Shown here: positions 1 through 9,450 of the stretch, one piece after another
How the letters are laid out: each line of letters starts with the position of its first letter
Position numbering within the stretch: the stretch's first letter is position 1
DNA from: an uncultured virus (IMG/VR IMGVR_UViG_3300028833_000129)
Taxonomy: Duplodnaviria > Heunggongvirae > Uroviricota > Caudoviricetes
Length of the DNA: 20,198 nucleotides
IMG/VR virus record: IMGVR_UViG_3300028833_000129
Reading direction: 5' to 3' (one strand)
Translations under genes and position numbers: made by a program
Notes under the pieces: model-generated
Database searches by the model: none
Told to the model about the DNA's origin: nothing
What the model saw: only the letters and a program-made list of their open reading frames with translations

Positions 1-1
1 A

Positions 2-877
2 GAATATGATATTGTTTTTTCAGCAGAAGCAATTGAAAAAATGTCGATGGACTTTTTAAAGAACTACAAGCAGCATGAAGTGACGTTGCAACATCAAGAA
101 AATGCTGATGGCGTTTATCTGGTTGAACAGTGGATAAAAAATGATTTGGTATATGACAAATCACTTTCAATGGGACTGTCAAAAGAGTTGCCTGTTGGTA
201 GTTGGTTCCAGACATATTATGTGGATTCAAACGATGTTTGGAAACGTATTGAAAGCGGTGAATTACTAGGATTTAGTTTGGAATGTGCACTGTCAATGGA
301 AGAATTTAATAAAATTGAAAATAATGATAACGATATGGATTTAGTAGACAACATGAATTTTTGGAAGAAAATGAAGGAAACACTGAAAGAAGTGTTTGCA
401 AAAGGTGATGTTGATGTAGAAGGAAGCGAAGCAGTAAAGATTACACCAACAAAACAAGAATTGGCTGAAATGTCTGGTTTTACAAGCGTTGAAGACTATG
501 AAAAAGAGGTTGAAGCCATTAAGGCAGAATTTGAAGAGGCAACACCAACTGTTGAAACGCCTGTAGAGCCTATAGAAACGCCTGTAGAGGCTCCAAAAGT
601 GGAAGACCCTACAACTACCCCACCTGCAAAGGAAGAAACGCCTACAGAGGCAGAAAACAAGCCTGACGAACCAAAGGACAACCACCTTGAAGACTTAATT
701 AAGAACTTAAAAGAAGAAATCGAAGCATTGAAGGGCTTAAACAAAGACCTAAACAAGAAAGTTAAGACCCTAGAAAAAGAACCATCTGTTAATCCAATTA
801 ATACGAATGGCGGTGGCAAGAAAGGTGGTGACAATTTTGACAATTGGCGTGAAACGATGAAAAACTATCTACAATAG
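2..877 (+). CDS. XkdF-like prohead protease fused to an acidic/coiled-coil scaffold region (5'-truncated)
   Basis: The frame is open from base 2 (EYDIVFSAEAIEKM...), so the true start lies upstream. Motifs TLQH, YLVEQW, LPVGSWF and SGELLGFSLE match XkdF-type phage proteases. The C-terminal half is Glu/Pro-rich then coiled-coil, and the gene sits directly before the capsid gene. Confidence 0.8.
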   Translation, partial: EYDIVFSAEAIEKMSMDFLKNYKQHEVTLQHQENADGVYLVEQWIKNDLVYDKSLSMGLSKELPVGSWFQTYYVDSNDVWKRIESGELLGFSLECALSMEEFNKIENNDNDMDLVDNMNFWKKMKETLKEVFAKGDVDVEGSEAVKITPTKQELAEMSGFTSVEDYEKEVEAIKAEFEEATPTVETPVEPIETPVEAPKVEDPTTTPPAKEETPTEAENKPDEPKDNHLEDLIKNLKEEIEALKGLNKDLNKKVKTLEKEPSVNPINTNGGGKKGGDNFDNWRETMKNYLQ

Positions 878-893
878 TTTCTGCAAAAACTGA

Positions 894-903
894 AATATGT
901 TTA
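894..903 (+). promoter_or_regulatory. AATATGTTTA motif copy 1 (candidate late promoter)
   Basis: Identical 10-mer in four intergenic gaps of the structural module: 894, 2631, 6146 and 13134. Confidence 0.55.
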
Positions 904-966
904 AAATAAACAACATACGAAGAGTATGCAAAAATGATAAAATAATAGATTAAAATAAATAAAATT

Positions 967-1917
967 ATGGCTAATTTCATAGATGTTAGTGGATTAACTT
1001 ATTGTGGCAAAGAGTATCAGAATATTTTTGCTAGAGATATGTACACTTTAGACCTTCGTAATTATGGTATTACGTTGATGGATGGTGTAAAGGGTAAAAT
1101 GAAACTTTATACTGGAGAGATTGGTGATGTATGGCAGGCTTATTCATGTCCGTTTACACCCCAAGGTGCTGCATCATTGGCAGAAAGTTTTATAGAGCCG
1201 GTTGCAATTAAATCAAACCTTGAAAACTGCTACGATACCTTCTGGAATACATTCTTAGTAGAACAGACTTCAATCAGTCTTAATGGCGGCATTCCCCAGA
1301 CATTTGCAGCATGGTTCTTTGACAAGTATCGTCAGAAGATGGCACGTGAATACGAAGAGATTTTCTGGCAGGGTGACACCGCTAGAACTGCAACAACCAA
1401 GGCTTATTTAAAGGTCACTGATGGTGTTGAAAAGCAGTTGTCAGGTAATTCAGCTGTTACAAGCGTTGCATTAACTGCTTTCACTGTTGACAATATACTT
1501 GCCCAAGTCGAAACTGTTATTTCAAGCGGTCTTTCTGTTGCAAACGCTGCAGAAGTTGACACTGGTAAATATAAGGTTCTTATGAACAAGGCTGACGTTG
1601 ACCTCTTAAAGATGGCACTTGGTAAGGTTTGTTGCCCAAACAACAATAGCATTTTCTCCAACTATGCAAAGGGTGCTGATGGTGGTGTTATCATACTTGG
1701 TTATGAAGTTATCCCAACCATGCAGAGCAGAAACACCATAATCTTTGGAGACCCAAGGAACTTGGTATTAGGTTTTGATACCTTCGATTCACACTTATCT
1801 TGGAAGTTAATTGACCTTCGTGATACGACTGGGGATAACATGTTTAGAATCATAGCAATTTCCAATATTGCTGTTGGTGTTGTATTCCCTGAAGGAATGG
1901 TTTATGCAAGCGTATAA
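967..1917 (+). CDS. Major capsid protein (probably HK97 fold)
   Basis: 316 aa, follows the protease/scaffold gene. Contains EEIFWQGDT, TDGVEKQL, IIFGDPRNLVLGFD and a C-terminal LIDLRDTTGDNMFRI segment, resembling capsids of Bacteroidota-infecting phages. Confidence 0.85.
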   Translation: MANFIDVSGLTYCGKEYQNIFARDMYTLDLRNYGITLMDGVKGKMKLYTGEIGDVWQAYSCPFTPQGAASLAESFIEPVAIKSNLENCYDTFWNTFLVEQTSISLNGGIPQTFAAWFFDKYRQKMAREYEEIFWQGDTARTATTKAYLKVTDGVEKQLSGNSAVTSVALTAFTVDNILAQVETVISSGLSVANAAEVDTGKYKVLMNKADVDLLKMALGKVCCPNNNSIFSNYAKGADGGVIILGYEVIPTMQSRNTIIFGDPRNLVLGFDTFDSHLSWKLIDLRDTTGDNMFRIIAISNIAVGVVFPEGMVYASV

Positions 1918-1956
1918 CAATTCGTTATCATATATATTTCCTTTGGTTATCTGATG

Positions 1957-1980
1957 GGGGATAACAATAGGGTTATCCCC
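1957..1980 (+). promoter_or_regulatory. Stem-loop after the capsid gene (mRNA stabiliser or weak terminator)
   Basis: GGGGATAAC-aatagg-GTTATCCCC perfect 9 bp stem with no following U-tract. Confidence 0.55.
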
Positions 1981-2019
1981 ACTTAAAAAGAAAAATAAAA
2001 AGTAAAAAAATATACAATC

Positions 2020-2568
2020 ATGGCAATTTGTAATCTAAATAGAAACCTTTTAAGAACTACTTCTTGTGGGTACGTACTTCCAGAAATTGTAGATATTTAT
2101 CTTATCAACTATTCTGATATTAGTGCAACTAGTGCAACTACTGGTACTGGTACAAGCGAAGGTTGTGAAGCAATATCTGCAATAACTTTAGTTACTGGTG
2201 CAAACGTCTATCACATAGAGCCACAGAAAAACAGTGCTTCTTTCGAAGACACGTTGGTAGTTGCAGACAATGGCACAAAGTATCGTAATGCTTCAATTAC
2301 CTTTACGGTTCCTGGCAAATATGATGCTTGCATGCATGGTGCACTTGATGCATTATCACTGGGCAGATATATGGCAGTGTTGAAAACTGCTGATGAAAAT
2401 TATCTAGCATTTGGCAGAATATCCCCAGTTGAAGCAGAAACGGCAACCCTTGCAGGTGGCAGTGATAACAATGGTATGCAGATTGTTCTTGCAGGAAACA
2501 TTGCAGAATCACCACTCCCTTTAACTAAGGAAGCTGTTGATGCATTACTTGAAAAAGTTGCAGAGTAA
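2020..2568 (+). CDS. Putative tail tube / major structural protein
   Basis: 182 aa, beta-rich, immediately after the capsid gene. Pattern C..IVDIYLINY..KNSASFED..NGTKY..ITF..RYMAVLKT..G resembles the protein typically encoded after the capsid in this phage type. Confidence 0.6.
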   Translation: MAICNLNRNLLRTTSCGYVLPEIVDIYLINYSDISATSATTGTGTSEGCEAISAITLVTGANVYHIEPQKNSASFEDTLVVADNGTKYRNASITFTVPGKYDACMHGALDALSLGRYMAVLKTADENYLAFGRISPVEAETATLAGGSDNNGMQIVLAGNIAESPLPLTKEAVDALLEKVAE

Positions 2569-2592
2569 GAAAGTAAAAACATGGAACATAAG

Positions 2593-2623
2593 AAACCTAG
2601 GCTTTAAAAGTCTAGGTTTTTTT
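2593..2623 (+). terminator. Rho-independent terminator
   Basis: AAACCTAGGCTTT / AAAGTCTAGGTTT inverted repeat running into a T-tract, after the capsid and tube genes. Confidence 0.75.
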
Positions 2624-2630
2624 GTTTGAT

Positions 2631-2640
2631 AATATGTTTA
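2631..2640 (+). promoter_or_regulatory. AATATGTTTA motif copy 2 (candidate late promoter)
   Basis: Exact copy directly after a terminator and 16 nt before ATG 2657. Confidence 0.55.
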
Positions 2641-2656
2641 TTTGAAAAAGATTATA

Positions 2657-4057
2657 ATGGGTTATAATGCATATTATTTATATCAAAAGTATATTACGAT
2701 AGGAGACCAACCACCTGTTCCATTCTATCCAGAAACGTATAGTGTCAGTGGCGATAGTGAAAACCCTATGCCACTTGTTTTAAAGGAAGAGAACAGCGTG
2801 GAATGTGGTTATACAGATATTGTATATAGATGGCATCAATTGCCAATATCAACAGCATCAGAATGTTCAGCAGGCACGAAATACTATGTTGATATATACC
2901 AAGTCAGTTATGATGGTGGCTTATCATGGGAAGATGTTGTGCCAACCACAACAAGAATTGGTGATGTATATGAAACTGGTAGCAGTGATTGTATTGAATA
3001 TAGATGGATTACCAAGCCAATAACAGAAGATTATATTTGTGATACTTGCCCACCTGTTCAACCAATATATAGAACATTAACATCTGCAACAACTTGTGTG
3101 GGGTACGACAAACATACACTAGAGGAATACCAAGTTAGTTATGATGAAGGTGTTACTTGGACAACGACAGCAACATCAGCGACCACGTTAATAGAGGCTA
3201 ACAGTGAAGATTGTGGCTATATTCCTCCTGCATCTTACAAGTGGCTTGCAACTTATTATGGGGGTACAACATCATCAGCAAATTGTGATAGCACATCAGC
3301 CATTACCCAGAATGAAATTGAAACAGGTAATCTACAATCAGTTATTATTGGCACTTGTGTTACACACATAAATTATAGGGCTTTTTATGATGGAAGCATA
3401 CCTGCTGGTATTTTTACAAGTGTAACCATCCCAAACACTGTTACAAGTATTGGCGATGAAGCTTTTAAACAGGCAGGCCTTACAAGCGTAATTATTCCAA
3501 ATAGTGTTACAAGCATTGGAAGTTATGCTTTTCATGCTTGTCAAGGTCTTACTAGTGTAACCATTGGCAGCGGCATTACAAGCATTAATGAAGGTGTTTT
3601 TCAATCTTGTACTAGTCTTGCAAGCGTAAACATTCCAAATACTGTTAATACTATTGGTACTGTTGCCTTTGATAATTGCCCAAGCCTTACAGGTATAACA
3701 ATTCCAAATAGCGTTACTACTATTGGCGTTTGGGCTTTCATGAGTTGTAGCGGTCTTACAAGTGTTGTCATTCCAAGCAGTGTTACAAGTATTGGCAATT
3801 ATGCTTTTGCATATTGTAAAAGTCTTACAAGTGTAACAATAGGAAGTGGTGTTACAGGCATTGATGAAGGTGCTTTCCAAAATTGTAGCAGTCTTACAAG
3901 TATAACAATAAATGCAACAACACCTCCAACATTAGGTAGTGCTGCATTTGGCGGCACCAACAACTGCCCAATATATGTTCCGGCAGCATCAGTAAATGCA
4001 TACAAGTCAGCTACAAATTGGAGTAATTACGCTAGCAGAATCCAAGCAATAGCATAA
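2657..4057 (+). CDS. BspA-type leucine-rich-repeat protein with N-terminal Cys-containing repeats (virion adhesin candidate)
   Basis: Repeated 23-aa units LTSVTIPNSVTSIGxxAFxxC with cap ATTPPTLG..IYVPAASVNAYK..W..RIQAI. The N-terminal half has YRW..C..KY..SYDGG.SW..E..S.DC repeats. The ORF track starts at TTG 2642; ATG 2657 is preferred. Confidence 0.85.
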   Translation: MGYNAYYLYQKYITIGDQPPVPFYPETYSVSGDSENPMPLVLKEENSVECGYTDIVYRWHQLPISTASECSAGTKYYVDIYQVSYDGGLSWEDVVPTTTRIGDVYETGSSDCIEYRWITKPITEDYICDTCPPVQPIYRTLTSATTCVGYDKHTLEEYQVSYDEGVTWTTTATSATTLIEANSEDCGYIPPASYKWLATYYGGTTSSANCDSTSAITQNEIETGNLQSVIIGTCVTHINYRAFYDGSIPAGIFTSVTIPNTVTSIGDEAFKQAGLTSVIIPNSVTSIGSYAFHACQGLTSVTIGSGITSINEGVFQSCTSLASVNIPNTVNTIGTVAFDNCPSLTGITIPNSVTTIGVWAFMSCSGLTSVVIPSSVTSIGNYAFAYCKSLTSVTIGSGVTGIDEGAFQNCSSLTSITINATTPPTLGSAAFGGTNNCPIYVPAASVNAYKSATNWSNYASRIQAIA

Positions 4058-4077
4058 TTAATAAAAACGTAAATGAA

Positions 4078-6141
4078 ATGGTATCAGATTTTATAATAAA
4101 TAAATGTTCATATAATATACCCTTCCTCAAAAATAGGGTATATGTATACGACAGCAGCGTATTGCAATATATAAATGTTGACAATGGGCTTGATGGTGCA
4201 ATGGTGCTGTCAACACCTACCTTAATAACCGGTTTCAGCATATCTTATATGGAAGAAGCATCTTTGGATGAGCGATATAAATTTATAAAGACATTAAGGA
4301 TATCTTTAAACGATAAGATAAATGTTAATGATGTTTTTGATGAGAAATTTTATATTGTTGTCGAGGACTATGACGGCAATTTATATTTAACCAACCCTGA
4401 CTTCTTATATAAGTATACCTACGTATATAATCTATCAGAGGGGGTGAATCAGACTGACATCACCTTTCAGACATCATCTAATTTCCCACTGCTTAAAATA
4501 GCCATAACGCCACCGGTATATAATGAATGCAAGGCATATAGATTCACCTCCATAAAAGCCCTACAAATGGTCGAAAAGAAATACGCTTCATATGATATGG
4601 ATGACAGCATATTGCGCATAACTGAGCCTTTAAAAAGGGTCGATTTTTTAAAAAATACATTGTCCTTCCAAGAACAATATGATGGTCAAAAGGTGACAAG
4701 CACAATCAAGTTTCAGATGCCATTAAACTCAGCCCTTGCAAGTTGGGACTACGATTTGTTGGAGTTCAAAGATAATATATATACAGCCGTTATTACAACC
4801 AATGACGATTACCAACTATTAACCGGTATATATACAGGACTTCAGCCTTCATATGCAATATCAGCCTCAATGACCGAGGAGAACAACTATGAAATAACAT
4901 TAACAGAAGCCTCTAATAATGGCAGTATAGCAGTATATCTTACAACTGAAGAGCTGTTGGGGTATACTTGGGAGTATATAAGAATATTAGATGGCCATAA
5001 AGCTTATGACTGCAATACGTCAAGGCTCGGCTGCGGATGGGCGCAGATAATCATTCAAGCAGAGGTTGATAACTTTGGCAATAGAACCGGCAGATATAAA
5101 TTATTAGAGGATATATATGATGGCTTGTTTAATCAGGATGACCCGGATATCGATTACTCATATTATGATGATAACTATGGATGGCTCAGGGTGTATAATA
5201 TAATTGGCACATTCGAAGATGACTTTCCTAATAATTGGTTTCCCACCAATGAATGCGCTTGTTACAACCCTCAGTCAGGTTGCACATTAACAACAGATAT
5301 GCCGGCAATAATAGAGTTCGAAGGTACAGGGACAACCTCATATACCTTTGAATCAAGTTGCGATTGGAGCATTAATGATGTTCCGTCAGGCATAACCATA
5401 TCACCAACAACAGGTGCTGCAAATACTGAATATACGTTAACAATATCAAATAGTGATGACACTGTTAGGCAGGAAGAATTTAGGGTAGGCTGCTGTGGTA
5501 CTAATAAGATATTTAATATATCAGTAGCAGAAGAAACGCCTTGTATAGATGAGACATATAAATATATAAACTGCAATGGTCAAACGGTTCAGTTCAAGAT
5601 AAAAGATGGGTGCGATGTTACTGTAAACTATATAGATACAGGCTTAATGTATGATATGACAAATGGTATATTATACATAAACGTACCGGCAAATGATTCG
5701 CAAACGTCCAAGACATACAACATACAAATTACCTGCTGTGGTGATGATATTACCCTTGTTATTAATCAGTCACCAAAATATGTTCATTGGTTCGATAATG
5801 GCTATATATGTGATGATGGTGATAAATATGTAAGGCAACAGTTATATACAGGTACTTCCTATAATGATTTAGAACCGGTAGAAGAGTATAGAAAAACTAC
5901 ACTGATTGAGGAGGGTTCTGCTGATTGTCGCAACTTTCTTCGATATAGCTTTTTGGGACATTATATATGCATTGATGGCAGCAAGTATGAACTTCTTGAA
6001 GAAGAGTATTCGCTTGATAATGAGACTTGGGAAACGACCGGCATAGTTAGGTTAGGCGAATGGGTAGAGGATGAATCATCTTTCTGTGAAGGTGATATAT
6101 CTTATAAATGGGTGCTAACCAATTTGACGGTGTGCGAATAA
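4078..6141 (+). CDS. Multidomain structural protein: tube-like domains, BACON-like domains and Cys-containing repeats
   Basis: 687 aa. The N-terminal part resembles the 2020-2568 protein. FESSCDWSINDVPSGITISPTTG and INVPANDSQTSKTYNIQITC..LVINQ look like BACON/Ig-like domains. The C-terminus has two YIC.DG.KY repeats. Confidence 0.65.
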   Translation: MVSDFIINKCSYNIPFLKNRVYVYDSSVLQYINVDNGLDGAMVLSTPTLITGFSISYMEEASLDERYKFIKTLRISLNDKINVNDVFDEKFYIVVEDYDGNLYLTNPDFLYKYTYVYNLSEGVNQTDITFQTSSNFPLLKIAITPPVYNECKAYRFTSIKALQMVEKKYASYDMDDSILRITEPLKRVDFLKNTLSFQEQYDGQKVTSTIKFQMPLNSALASWDYDLLEFKDNIYTAVITTNDDYQLLTGIYTGLQPSYAISASMTEENNYEITLTEASNNGSIAVYLTTEELLGYTWEYIRILDGHKAYDCNTSRLGCGWAQIIIQAEVDNFGNRTGRYKLLEDIYDGLFNQDDPDIDYSYYDDNYGWLRVYNIIGTFEDDFPNNWFPTNECACYNPQSGCTLTTDMPAIIEFEGTGTTSYTFESSCDWSINDVPSGITISPTTGAANTEYTLTISNSDDTVRQEEFRVGCCGTNKIFNISVAEETPCIDETYKYINCNGQTVQFKIKDGCDVTVNYIDTGLMYDMTNGILYINVPANDSQTSKTYNIQITCCGDDITLVINQSPKYVHWFDNGYICDDGDKYVRQQLYTGTSYNDLEPVEEYRKTTLIEEGSADCRNFLRYSFLGHYICIDGSKYELLEEEYSLDNETWETTGIVRLGEWVEDESSFCEGDISYKWVLTNLTVCE

Positions 6142-6145
6142 TAAT

Positions 6146-6155
6146 AATATGTTTA
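6146..6155 (+). promoter_or_regulatory. AATATGTTTA motif copy 3 (candidate late promoter)
   Basis: Exact copy in the 35-nt gap before ATG 6177. Confidence 0.55.
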
Positions 6156-6176
6156 ATATAGAAAAAATAATATAAT

Positions 6177-7559
6177 ATGAACCAATATAATCGATGGCTA
6201 TTTGGAGATAGGTGCTGCGGTAACAGCCACTCCACTATTTTACCCGACTGTGATGGCAAGGACTGTTCCTGCGAAGCCATATATTTAGAGCTTGAAAACA
6301 TTAAAAATGATATCATTGCGATATCCGGTGATACTGACCTATCTAACTACTATACGAAGGCTGAAGTGGATGCCTTAATACCCTCCCTATCCGGATATGC
6401 AACTGAAGAATGGGTAGAAGACAAGGGCTATTTAACTGATGTTGACCTAAGTGATTATGCTTTGAAAAGTGAAATACCTGTTGTCCCAACGAATGTAAGT
6501 TCATTTATTAACGATGCCGGATATCTAACTGATGTTGACTTAAGTGACTATGCTTTAAAGAGTGAAATACCTGTTGTACCAACATCAAATTCAGCGTTTA
6601 CCAACGATATGCATTATGTTACCAACGCAGAGCTTATTCAGTATATAACAAACCTTCAGCAGCAGATTGATAGCTTGCAAGGAGCAGTTAGTGGTTGTTG
6701 TGGAGAAACCGGTGAAACTACATATAGATGGGTTGTAATGACCGGAGAAAACGATTATCTATGCAGTGGAACTACAAAAATGACCAAGGAGAAAAAGCAG
6801 CAGTCAGATGATGGTATAACTTGGACTGATGTTGTACCTGCTGAATATAGGATGGGCGATACGGTGTTAGAAGAAAATAGTGAAGATTGTGGCTATGTCC
6901 CACCAACTCCAACACCAACAGGAAAAACAGCGTTCTTTTTAAATTATGAAGGCGATTCGAACATCATAAAAACATTTAATGAAAACGCTGATTGCAGTTG
7001 GATGGATGATGAATATATAGTATGGCATCAGCCATTGGACGGTGAATATAAAATAAAGACTTGCACCAATACATTTAACTTTAATGAATTCACCGGTGAT
7101 TCGACAAACAAAATTAACCTTTCCATAAGTGGCTCAACATCAGTAATACCTGATGGATTCTTTGCAGACACAGACCTTACAGAAGGAAATGTAATGACCG
7201 GTTGCAGCAGCATTGGCAATTATGCTTTCAGTGGCTGTAGCAAAATGAAGATTTTTAGCATTGGTTTACCGGGTGGTTCTCAAAATGTTTATAGGATTGT
7301 TAATGGTCAGCCTGAGACTTATATGATTTATTGTTCAGCTTCGACAAAGGTGCAGACAATTGGCAATTATGCATTTAAAAATTGCGCAGCCCTTGAAGAA
7401 TTTTATGTTTTATGTGCTGATGTTGTACCAACATTGGGAACAGGAGCATTTGATGGGTGCGCATCATTAAGGGCAATAATTGTTCCTTCATCAATGCTGA
7501 ATGATTTTAAGGCCGCACCAAATTGGTCACAATATGCCAACATCATTGTTGGGTTTTAA
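6177..7559 (+). CDS. Fibre-like protein with shaft repeats, a Cys-containing module and a degenerate BspA-type LRR C-terminus
   Basis: DLSNYYTKAEVD and PTNVSSFINDAGYLT fibre-shaft motifs and a coiled coil. C-terminal SIGNYAFSGC / TIGNYAFKNC and the VPTLGTGAF..IIVP..APNWSQYA cap. Confidence 0.75.
   Translation: MNQYNRWLFGDRCCGNSHSTILPDCDGKDCSCEAIYLELENIKNDIIAISGDTDLSNYYTKAEVDALIPSLSGYATEEWVEDKGYLTDVDLSDYALKSEIPVVPTNVSSFINDAGYLTDVDLSDYALKSEIPVVPTSNSAFTNDMHYVTNAELIQYITNLQQQIDSLQGAVSGCCGETGETTYRWVVMTGENDYLCSGTTKMTKEKKQQSDDGITWTDVVPAEYRMGDTVLEENSEDCGYVPPTPTPTGKTAFFLNYEGDSNIIKTFNENADCSWMDDEYIVWHQPLDGEYKIKTCTNTFNFNEFTGDSTNKINLSISGSTSVIPDGFFADTDLTEGNVMTGCSSIGNYAFSGCSKMKIFSIGLPGGSQNVYRIVNGQPETYMIYCSASTKVQTIGNYAFKNCAALEEFYVLCADVVPTLGTGAFDGCASLRAIIVPSSMLNDFKAAPNWSQYANIIVGF
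6426..6583 (+). repeat. In-frame direct repeat with 93 bp period
   Basis: GYLTDVDLSDYALKSEIPVVPT is encoded twice (6426 and 6519) with synonymous nucleotide differences. Confidence 0.85.
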
Positions 7560-7596
7560 AATATAAATAAAAAAATTTTAAAAAAGAAATATTAAT

Positions 7597-7773
7597 ATGA
7601 TATATTCAAATTTAAACGAAAACGAAAACCACTATGAACTTGCCGGAGATAATGGTGAAGTTCTACTTATACCAAGGGCTAACACAATAATTGTCGATGA
7701 CAATAGCGGTGTTCTAAGCATCAAAGGTGTTGCATCAAGGCAAACAATCGCCTTGGTTAGAAAAAGCGAATAA
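7597..7773 (+). CDS. Small 58-aa protein not in the ORF track, similar to the N-terminus of the next fibre protein
   Basis: MIYSNLNENENHYELAGDNGEVLLIPRANTIIVDDNSGVLSIKGVASRQTIALVRKSE. It has an A/T-rich leader and fills the gap between two genes. Confidence 0.7.
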   Translation: MIYSNLNENENHYELAGDNGEVLLIPRANTIIVDDNSGVLSIKGVASRQTIALVRKSE

Positions 7774-7804
7774 TAATAATATAATAATCAAACGATAGTT
7801 TCAA

Positions 7805-9427
7805 ATGATTACTTTAACAGCAACTACAAATGGAGTAGAGTTTACTTTTACAGATAGCAAGTATTATCTCTATGGAAATGGAACAATAGACGTTCCTTTA
7901 AACAGTCTATCTTTAGTGTTAGACAATAGTGGAGCAGCCACATTTAAAAAGGCTGCAAGCAATGATGTTTTTGTATCAGCACCATTATCTGAATTTGGTA
8001 TGACCAAGGCTGAACTGGAAGCCTTCTACAAGGAAAATATGGTAGGAGGTGGCGTTGACCCTGAAGAGGTCGTTGACATTGTTGAGAGTGCTACATCATA
8101 CTATGATGGTGTGGAGTATGACAGCGTTAACAGCCGGATTAATTTCAAGCATAATAATGTTGTTGAGGCATATGTTGATGCAGCACCATTCATTGTCGAT
8201 GGCATGGTCGATAACGTTGCAATAGTAAATGGAAACCTTGTTATTACATTTAACACAGACAGTGGAAAGCAGCCCATAAGCATACCATTAACCGACATTT
8301 TTAATCCCAATAACTACTATGATAAGAATGCCATCGATACCATTATATCCGGTGTAAATGATAGTATAATTGAGGATGAGGAGGTAATATCAAGCGCATT
8401 AAATGACCTTAATGAGAGGAAATTGGATGCTAGTGCATATACCCCAATAGACATTACAAATTACTATAATAAAACAGAAGTTAATGGACTATTGGCTGAT
8501 AAGCAGGATGAATTAAGCGCCGGTAGAGGTATCGACATAACAAATGATACAATATCATTAAATCTTCCAATATCAGCTGGAACTGGAGGATACAGCATTA
8601 TAGAAGGATATTCTACATCAGCAATGTCCTATTATGACCATGCAGAAGGATATTATACATATGCAAAAGGTAATGGGTATGCAGCACATGCTGAAGGGTA
8701 TCAAACAAGTGCTATGACATCTTCTTGTCATGCAGAAGGAAGAAGCACAAAAGCAAGTGGTAATAATTCTCATGCTGAAGGATCTAGTACAAGTGCAATT
8801 GGCGATTATTCTCATGCTGAAGGACATAGCACAAATGCAATCGGCGATTATTCACACACTGAAGGATATTCTACAAGTGCTACTACTAGAACCACTCAAC
8901 CTGGAGGAATATTAGTGTTCATGGGCTATCATACTAGACATGCTGAAGGGGCATATACAGAAGCAAATAATGCTTCCACACATACTGAAGGATATTATAC
9001 AAAAGCAGATAATTTTGGAGAGCATGCAAGTGGCGTTTTTAACAATTCAGTAACAGCATCAACAACCTTTGGTGATAGTGGCAACACTTTATTTTCTGTA
9101 GGTAATGGTACAGCAGATAATGCAAGACATAATGCCTTTGAAATACGTCAAAATGGCGACATATATATTACCAAAGATGGGGCAGACGTTAAGCTGCAAG
9201 ACCAATTGGGTGGTGGCTCAGCCTCTTCATCAATAACCTCCGGTGACACCAACGCTGTTCAAGGTGGTGCAGTATATGATAAGTTTGATGAGGTAGAAAG
9301 TGTAACAGCAGCAGCCCTTAACTTGCTTAATACCAATATGGGAGGCTTAAAATTTGTTAAATTGTCGCAACAGGAATACGATAACCTTGCTGTTAAGGAT
9401 TCCTCAACGATGTATATTATAATTTAA
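7805..9427 (+). CDS. Tail fibre with YadA-head-like (HAEG) beta-roll repeats
   Basis: 540 aa with about ten ~14-aa xSHAEGxxTxAxG units, a LFSVGNG..RHNAFEIRQNGDIY neck and shaft motifs (NYYNKTEVNGLLADKQDELSAGRGIDI). C-terminal KLSQQEYDNLAVKDSSTMYII motif. Confidence 0.8.
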   Translation: MITLTATTNGVEFTFTDSKYYLYGNGTIDVPLNSLSLVLDNSGAATFKKAASNDVFVSAPLSEFGMTKAELEAFYKENMVGGGVDPEEVVDIVESATSYYDGVEYDSVNSRINFKHNNVVEAYVDAAPFIVDGMVDNVAIVNGNLVITFNTDSGKQPISIPLTDIFNPNNYYDKNAIDTIISGVNDSIIEDEEVISSALNDLNERKLDASAYTPIDITNYYNKTEVNGLLADKQDELSAGRGIDITNDTISLNLPISAGTGGYSIIEGYSTSAMSYYDHAEGYYTYAKGNGYAAHAEGYQTSAMTSSCHAEGRSTKASGNNSHAEGSSTSAIGDYSHAEGHSTNAIGDYSHTEGYSTSATTRTTQPGGILVFMGYHTRHAEGAYTEANNASTHTEGYYTKADNFGEHASGVFNNSVTASTTFGDSGNTLFSVGNGTADNARHNAFEIRQNGDIYITKDGADVKLQDQLGGGSASSSITSGDTNAVQGGAVYDKFDEVESVTAAALNLLNTNMGGLKFVKLSQQEYDNLAVKDSSTMYIII

Positions 9428-9450
9428 TTATTTAAAAACAACAATATAAC

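Noticed and set aside
554..589. GAAACGCCTGTAGAG repeated at 21 bp spacing
   Set aside because: Ordinary low-complexity ETPVE duplication in the scaffold linker.
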